Origin: a virus
UHGV virus genome: UHGV-1350584
Direction: 5' to 3' (one strand)
Length of the DNA stretch: 42,037 bases
Under the pieces are notes generated by a model, which saw only the letters and a list, made by a program, of their open reading frames with translations, did no database searches and had not been told where the DNA came from. Positions 36,686-42,037 of this stretch are shown here, piece by piece. The position numbers and the translations under genes were made by a program. How positions within the stretch are numbered: the first letter of the stretch is position 1; the number at the start of each line of letters is the position of its first letter.

Positions 36686-38217
36686 TGGAATTAGAAAAAG
36701 TAGGTAAACTTGATTTAAACGAAGAACCATATTTACAACCGATATCTAATAGAGGTATCGGTTTTTATAATCTCGATAAAAACACTGCTAAATTTCAATT
36801 TGTAGTACAAAAAGACAACAAACCTTTGTTAATCAGCGATAAGAATGTTAAAGGTTATGCTTTCTTTAAAGCTGCGAACGGAACAGAAGAAAAACGACCT
36901 AGTACATCAGGTGTATTAGACGTAGAATTCATTGATCCAATGAAAGGATTAATAGGTGTTACGGTACCTCAATGGTTTCTGAAAAACGTTGTCGATTCTG
37001 AAGTGTTGGGTGAAATTTACTTATCACTCAACGATGTAAACAACGTAGGAAAAGACGACACTGTTGTGTTAGGCACTTTTAAATTCACGGTACGCGACAG
37101 TCTTATCAATCAAATCGAAAGTGATATCAAAGTATCTTATATTCGAATGTTTGATGAATTGCGTTCGGAATTAGAAAAGAAAGTGCAACAACTTAAGCAA
37201 GATATAGGCGATACACAAACGTTGATTGAATCTATTAAGCAAACAGCTGAAGAATACCTCATTAAAATAAACAAGGCTCAAGCAGACGCTATTGTTTCAA
37301 TTACAGACGCGTTAATATCGTCTAACCAAAGCATTGACCTAGAGAGAGAAGAAGCTTTAAGACAAATTGATGCTAAACGTGACGCTATCAAAACGGATTA
37401 TGATTTAGCTTCAGATACATTCCAAAAAACTTATGATAGCAATGTGGACGCTTTTAATTCAAATGTTAATCAAGCTAACACAACAATTGATGAAAAGCTA
37501 CAAATATTTAATGAAACCCTTGAAAGAGATGGCTTTACTACTCCTGAATATGTAGAAAGTAAGTTTACAGAAAAGGATTGGCAAAAATTTAAATTAACAA
37601 ATGATGATGGTACTAATTTTTATGATGCCAACCTACAAATAGATTTCGACAATAACGAACAATTAATGTCTTTACCGATAGGAACTAGATATGTTGTTCT
37701 TACTTTGAACAATCCAGCTGGAACAAATAATAATGGGTGGTTAACAAAGTACAAAAGAAATGGAGATGCTGTTCTAATACAATACCAACCTTACAATTCA
37801 ACTGTAATCTACCAAAAAAGATTTTATAAGAGTTGGAGCAAATGGGAACGTGTTGGTTCAGATGTTGTAGATACTGGTTGGATTGATTTACAACTAGTGA
37901 ACAGTGCGTCGCCTCATAACGACTTAGTTTCCAAAGGTGGATTTACTAGTGCGTACAGAACAATCACACAGAATGGAGTTACTAAGAAAATGTTACGCAT
38001 TAATGCTACAACTATCAAACATGGACAGACTATTGCACTTTTACCTAAAGAATTCGTCAAAAACTTAATGTTTTTCTCAATAAGTGCACCTAGAAACAAA
38101 AACAGCGGACGTATTTCGTTGAACACATCAGGAACAGTGAATTTTGACGCTACTGTAGATCCATCAGCGTGGACTGATACAGATTATATTTACGGTCAAT
38201 ATGAATGGACGGAGTGA
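36685..38217 (+). CDS. Baseplate upper / fibre protein (BppU-like, central coiled coil)
   Basis: 510 aa. Coiled-coil segment 150-250. Position. Confidence 0.5.
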   Translation: MELEKVGKLDLNEEPYLQPISNRGIGFYNLDKNTAKFQFVVQKDNKPLLISDKNVKGYAFFKAANGTEEKRPSTSGVLDVEFIDPMKGLIGVTVPQWFLKNVVDSEVLGEIYLSLNDVNNVGKDDTVVLGTFKFTVRDSLINQIESDIKVSYIRMFDELRSELEKKVQQLKQDIGDTQTLIESIKQTAEEYLIKINKAQADAIVSITDALISSNQSIDLEREEALRQIDAKRDAIKTDYDLASDTFQKTYDSNVDAFNSNVNQANTTIDEKLQIFNETLERDGFTTPEYVESKFTEKDWQKFKLTNDDGTNFYDANLQIDFDNNEQLMSLPIGTRYVVLTLNNPAGTNNNGWLTKYKRNGDAVLIQYQPYNSTVIYQKRFYKSWSKWERVGSDVVDTGWIDLQLVNSASPHNDLVSKGGFTSAYRTITQNGVTKKMLRINATTIKHGQTIALLPKEFVKNLMFFSISAPRNKNSGRISLNTSGTVNFDATVDPSAWTDTDYIYGQYEWTE

Positions 38218-38221
38218 TGAA

Positions 38222-38560
38222 ATGAAAGTAGTTTATTTATGGAAAAATGGACAAGCAATTATTGTTCACAAAAACGAAGAAGATGAATATGTTTATCCTG
38301 ATGAAAAATGGACAGAGAACCAACCTCCTCAAGGTATTATCTTACCTTGCTATTATGACGGTAAACAATGGGTTGGACAAACCCAAGATGAGCTAGAAAA
38401 GATGTTGCCTGAAGTAGAAATTCCTGTTGATGACAAAGATATTGCTATAGCTAAATTAACTAGCTTAGTTGTCGATTTACAAGAAGAAGTTATGAGTTTG
38501 AAGCAGAACATCGCACTAATAACTGAAGAACAAGCAAATCAAAAATTGGGGGAAGCGTAA
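38222..38560 (+). CDS. Hypothetical tail-module protein (112 aa)
   Basis: ATG at 38222 after GGAGTGA. Confidence 0.45.
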   Translation: MKVVYLWKNGQAIIVHKNEEDEYVYPDEKWTENQPPQGIILPCYYDGKQWVGQTQDELEKMLPEVEIPVDDKDIAIAKLTSLVVDLQEEVMSLKQNIALITEEQANQKLGEA

Positions 38561-38561
38561 T

Positions 38562-38702
38562 ATGGATAAAGTAGTAATCGATTTATATAAGAAAAAATTA
38601 TACACTGACGAAACTTTCAAAAAGTTTGTTAGAGTTGGTTGGATTACTCCGGAACAATTTAAAGAAACTACAGGTAAAGATTACGAACCACAAGTTAAAT
38701 AG
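38562..38702 (+). CDS. XkdX-family small protein (46 aa), not in the ORF track
   Basis: MDKVVIDLYKKKLYTDETFKKFVRVGWITPEQFKETTGKDYEP matches the PBSX XkdX pattern (LY.K...FV.KG.IT.EQYKEITG). Confidence 0.6.
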   Translation: MDKVVIDLYKKKLYTDETFKKFVRVGWITPEQFKETTGKDYEPQVK

Positions 38703-38738
38703 CTTGTGGTTTTTATTTTAAGTGAAGTAGGTGTTTAT

Positions 38739-39038
38739 ATGACAGAAAGTAGCCAAAGAGGGGATTACGAAAGACGTATAAAAAGATTGGAAGATAACGA
38801 CGAAAAAATCTTCAACTCTTTGGAACAGATAAAAGACGGACAACACAATCAAAATTTGATTAATCAAAAAATGAATTTCACTTTGGACTCTATCAACAGA
38901 GAGAGAGAATTAGAATCTCAAAACAAAAAAGAAAATCAAAAAAACATCAAAGACATTAAAATGTGGGTTTTAGGATTGGTTGGCACTATAGCTGGTTCTT
39001 TAATCGTAGCAGTATTAAGAATGTTTTTCGGTGTTTAA
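38739..39038 (+). CDS. XhlA-like membrane protein (coiled coil plus C-terminal TM)
   Basis: ATG at 38739 after AGGTG. N-terminal coiled coil (YERRIKRLEDNDEKIFNSLEQIKDGQHNQNLINQK) and a C-terminal TM (MWVLGLVGTIAGSLIVAVLRMFFGV). Confidence 0.6.
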   Translation: MTESSQRGDYERRIKRLEDNDEKIFNSLEQIKDGQHNQNLINQKMNFTLDSINRERELESQNKKENQKNIKDIKMWVLGLVGTIAGSLIVAVLRMFFGV

Positions 39039-39053
39039 AGGAGGTGAGTTACC

Positions 39054-39116
39054 ATGTTCGGATTATTTTTAGGTGCAAGTTTTTGGGAATGTTTCTGGTT
39101 TGGTAAATGTAAATAA
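39054..39116 (+). CDS. 20-aa hydrophobic Trp/Cys-rich micro-ORF (MFGLFLGASFWECFWFGKCK), putative
   Basis: Perfect RBS AAAGGAGGTG 7 nt upstream, abutting the XhlA-like stop. A terminator follows immediately. Confidence 0.3.
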   Translation: MFGLFLGASFWECFWFGKCK

Positions 39117-39125
39117 TTGAGAAAC

Positions 39126-39153
39126 AAAGCCGGCTTTTTAGTCGGCTTTTTAT
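39126..39153 (+). terminator. Rho-independent terminator
   Basis: AAGCCG gctttttagt CGGCTT stem followed by TTTTATT. Confidence 0.5.
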
Positions 39154-39176
39154 TATGCCGTAAATGAGGTGGATAT

Positions 39177-41072
39177 ATGGGATTACCTAGTCCTAAAAGA
39201 AGAAAACCTACTGCTTCGGAAGTTGCAGCATGGGCAAAAAGGATGATTGGCAGAAGAGTTGATGTAGACGGTTATTATGGCGCCCAGTGTTGGGATTTAC
39301 CAAACTACATTTTCAATAGATATTGGCATTTTAAAACAACAGGAAATGCGATTGCTATGGCATGGTATAGATATCCTAAAGGCTTCAAATTCTATAGGAA
39401 CACTAGAAACTTTGTTCCGAAACCTGGTGACATGGCAGTTTGGGGAAAGGGCTCCTTTAATAACGGTGTTGGGCATACTGCTGTTGTCATAGGTCCATCT
39501 ACCAAAAGTTACTTTACTAGTGTGGATCAAAATTGGATTGGTGCAAATAGTTATACAGGCTCACCTGGTGCGAAAATTAAACATAGTTATAACGGTATAA
39601 GTGGGTTCGTCAGACCTCCCTACCACGCAGAAACTAAGAAACCATCGAAACCAAGTAGTACACCGTCCAAACCTTCTAATGACAACACTCCTAAAAACAC
39701 AAAAGAACAAACAAAACCTATAACTAAAGAGATTACCAAAGTTTCCTATACATCATTCGCATACGATTTAGACGATGATTTGGAATATATTTATCATTAC
39801 ATGGTTGAAGGGCAAAAGTTGATAGGGAAGGTAAAAGGTATATATATCAAAGAGAGTACACATATGCGTTCTGTTGAAGAATTGTATTTACAACGTAATA
39901 AATATGTGAATGAAGATGAATACCCTCATGTATATATTGACCGTGAGCGTGTATGGACACCTAGACCTGATTCAGAAGAAGCACCAGAACATCCAGGTTG
40001 GCTTGTTATGGAAGTTTGCGGAGGACAAACGGATAGCAAACGCCAATTCATGCTCAATCAAATCAGAGCGTTAATCTACGGCGTTTGGTTGTTAAGTTGG
40101 AGTAAGGTGAAACTTTCTGAATCGTCAATCAAAGCAGATCCTAACATATGGCGTTCTATGAAAGATTTAATCAATTACGACTTAATCAAAAATGGTATTC
40201 CTGATGAAAGTAAATATAAAGAAGTCGAGAAGAAAATTATCGGTTTATATTTGAAAAGAGATAAATTACTTACAGAAACAATTACTACAACAACTACAAA
40301 GATAAAAATTAAACCTAAAACTTCGGTCGACAATCCTTCACAGAACGATAAGTCGACAGGTAAAACGACAAACAGAACTTCAAATAAACCTCGTGTAGTT
40401 GTAGAGAAAAGTAAATATACTTTCCAACAAGCGCTTAATGCACAAATGGCTCATGGCATGCCTCAAAAATCTTATAGTTGGGGTTGGGGTAATGCTTCTA
40501 GGTCACAAACAAGTAAGTATATGAATCCTAACACTATATGGAATAGTTCAACTCAACGCTATCAAATGCTAGATTTAGGAAAATATCAAGGTATATCAGT
40601 AAGTAAGTTGAATAAGATACTTAAAGGTAAAGGCACTTTATCTGGACAAGGTAAAGCTTTTGCAGACGGTTGTAAGAAGTACAATGTAAATGAAATTTAC
40701 TTAATCGCTCACGCTTTCTTAGAGAGTGGATATGGCCGTAGTAACTTTGCTAGTGGACGTTATGGTATCTACAACTACTTTGGTATTGCAGCTTACGACA
40801 ACAACCCTAACGCTTCTATAGGATACGCTAGACGTCAAGGGTGGACGAGTCCACGTAATGGTATTATAGGTGGCGCTAAGTTCGTTAGGAAACAATACTT
40901 TAACAAAGGTAAAAACACATTATACAGAATGCGTTGGAATCCTAGCAATCCAGGTCGTATGCAATATGCTACTGCTATCGAATGGTGTAATTTCCAAGCA
41001 TCAACCATTAGTAAATTATACAAAACAGTTGGTACAAAAGGTATGTACTACATTCGAGATAAATATAGATAA
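39177..41072 (+). CDS. Virion-associated peptidoglycan hydrolase: N-terminal CHAP plus C-terminal glucosaminidase (mannosyl-glycoprotein endo-beta-N-acetylglucosaminidase)
   Basis: CHAP motifs (YYGAQCWDLPNYIF...GHTAVV). C-terminal glucosaminidase/LYZ2 block (AFADGCKKYNVNEIYLIAHAFLESGYG...YNYFGIAAYDNNP). 631 aa. Confidence 0.85.
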   Translation: MGLPSPKRRKPTASEVAAWAKRMIGRRVDVDGYYGAQCWDLPNYIFNRYWHFKTTGNAIAMAWYRYPKGFKFYRNTRNFVPKPGDMAVWGKGSFNNGVGHTAVVIGPSTKSYFTSVDQNWIGANSYTGSPGAKIKHSYNGISGFVRPPYHAETKKPSKPSSTPSKPSNDNTPKNTKEQTKPITKEITKVSYTSFAYDLDDDLEYIYHYMVEGQKLIGKVKGIYIKESTHMRSVEELYLQRNKYVNEDEYPHVYIDRERVWTPRPDSEEAPEHPGWLVMEVCGGQTDSKRQFMLNQIRALIYGVWLLSWSKVKLSESSIKADPNIWRSMKDLINYDLIKNGIPDESKYKEVEKKIIGLYLKRDKLLTETITTTTTKIKIKPKTSVDNPSQNDKSTGKTTNRTSNKPRVVVEKSKYTFQQALNAQMAHGMPQKSYSWGWGNASRSQTSKYMNPNTIWNSSTQRYQMLDLGKYQGISVSKLNKILKGKGTLSGQGKAFADGCKKYNVNEIYLIAHAFLESGYGRSNFASGRYGIYNYFGIAAYDNNPNASIGYARRQGWTSPRNGIIGGAKFVRKQYFNKGKNTLYRMRWNPSNPGRMQYATAIEWCNFQASTISKLYKTVGTKGMYYIRDKYR

Positions 41073-41074
41073 CA

Positions 41075-41104
41075 AGGCTACTCACTGACGGTGGGTAGCC
41101 TTTA
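41075..41104 (+). terminator. Terminator after the tail hydrolase
   Basis: AGGCTAC tcactgacggtgg GTAGCCT stem plus TTAATAATT. Confidence 0.5.
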
Positions 41105-41125
41105 ATAATTGAAGGGTGGTTTCTA

Positions 41126-41635
41126 ATGTTAATAAATGTACTTAATTTAAATGACTCACAAGACGGCAATCGCATTAAACAAGGTGACTTATCGCACATG
41201 CGATACATCTTGTCTGACAATAACAACGAAGACTTAAAATTAGAAGGATTGCCTGCAAAAGTTTTTCTCACTGACAGTACAGGTGTCAAATATATCTACG
41301 ACACTACAGTTAGGCAATATGACAATGCCTATGTGTGTGATGTTGTAATCAATCAAATTATCCCTGCAAACACGTATTCATTAGAAATATGGGTGGATAA
41401 CAAGTATGTATTCCCGTCCGACAATAAAGCGAAAATTCAAGTAACAGAGAGTGTGATTGGTAGGCAATTGATCAATACACAAAATCATGATTTATGGCAA
41501 GAAATGATTGAATACGGTGTAAAAAACGGATTAATTAAGAATCAAACTGAAAGCGAAGAAAATTTTGTTATTGGAGAGAACGCCCCTAATGACACAACTA
41601 AAATTTGGATTGATACTACTGGAGGTAATGAATAA
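41126..41635 (+). CDS. Tail fibre-associated protein (169 aa)
   Basis: RBS GAAGGGTGG. Position between the hydrolase and the lysis module. Confidence 0.5.
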   Translation: MLINVLNLNDSQDGNRIKQGDLSHMRYILSDNNNEDLKLEGLPAKVFLTDSTGVKYIYDTTVRQYDNAYVCDVVINQIIPANTYSLEIWVDNKYVFPSDNKAKIQVTESVIGRQLINTQNHDLWQEMIEYGVKNGLIKNQTESEENFVIGENAPNDTTKIWIDTTGGNE

Positions 41636-42037
41636 TGAAAGCTATACCTAAAATTTTCGACAAAGAAAAAGGGCAATGGATTGAACTAATGGCTAAACCT
41701 ATCGCCGAAGAAGTAGTTAAGATAATGAAAGAGGATTGGTTATCTAATAAGAAAACAATTGACTATTGGTTATTACAATATACAGAGGGTGTAGTTGAGC
41801 CTATACAAGTTGCTATATTTACTGACGGCAATGAAGTCGATGAAATCTTAAAAAGTAACTTAGAATGGATGTTTAATGGTTATGTATCTAATCTAGAAAA
41901 CAAAAAGCTCTTTAATTTACAAGATTTTATAAACTATTGTTACAGCACTAAAACAGAGTTGCCTAAACAGTTCAAAGTCAACGCTATTGTAAAATTCGAT
42001 AGTTTAGACGAACCTATTAAATTACAAGAGATAGATA
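41635..42037 (+). CDS. Fibre-region protein, 5' part (runs off the window end; likely continuous with the fragment at 1-125 via circular permutation, or followed by another gene)
   Basis: ATG overlaps the upstream TAA (TAATG). Open frame to the window end (MKAIPKIFDKEKGQWIELMAKP...). Confidence 0.45.
   Translation, partial: MKAIPKIFDKEKGQWIELMAKPIAEEVVKIMKEDWLSNKKTIDYWLLQYTEGVVEPIQVAIFTDGNEVDEILKSNLEWMFNGYVSNLENKKLFNLQDFINYCYSTKTELPKQFKVNAIVKFDSLDEPIKLQEID

Noticed and set aside
1-42037. CRISPR arrays, tRNA or rRNA genes, IS elements
   Set aside because: No regularly spaced direct repeats with unique spacers, no tRNA-like cloverleaf regions and no transposase-like ORFs were seen. All long ORFs are accounted for by phage functions.

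Overview
This window is a nearly complete, circularly permuted genome of a temperate siphovirus of Staphylococcus type. It has low GC, a CHAP/Amidase_3/SH3b endolysin, a RinA-type late activator and a dUTPase with an extra motif, so it looks like a phi11/80alpha-like mosaic. The modules run in this order. A holin and endolysin (182-1951) are followed by a ~410-bp non-coding attP-like region with phased arm repeats. A tyrosine integrase (minus strand) comes next, then two paralogous lipoprotein genes between int and cI. After these are a cI-like S24 repressor divergent from cro, an antirepressor and an early module. The early module has a Sak-like annealase, SSB, two freestanding HNH endonucleases, a DUF968-like protein, a replisome organizer with internal iterons, a DnaB helicase, RusA, DUF3310, the dUTPase and many small ORFs. 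Then come RinB-like and RinA proteins and a 454-bp structured non-coding region upstream of terS. The late module follows: terS/terL, portal, minor head, scaffold, capsid, connectors, major tail protein plus terminator, a gpG/gpGT chaperone pair with a TTTTTTC -1 slip site, tape measure, Dit, Tal with an SGNH esterase domain, an 888-aa beta-helix fibre or receptor-binding protein, an upper fibre, and a PBSX-like XkdX/XhlA pair with a 20-aa peptide ORF. It ends with a virion-associated CHAP-glucosaminidase hydrolase and fibre genes that run off the window end and wrap round to the holin. Because lysis genes, attP and int sit next to each other, this is the phage (attP) form, not an integrated prophage with host flanks. 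There is no tRNA, rRNA or CRISPR, and no toxin cargo in the lysin-attP gap. The most notable items are the lipoprotein morons in the lysogeny module, the dark-matter small-ORF cluster, the RinA-dependent regulatory region, the ori iterons, the frameshift site and the XhlA-coupled micro-ORF.
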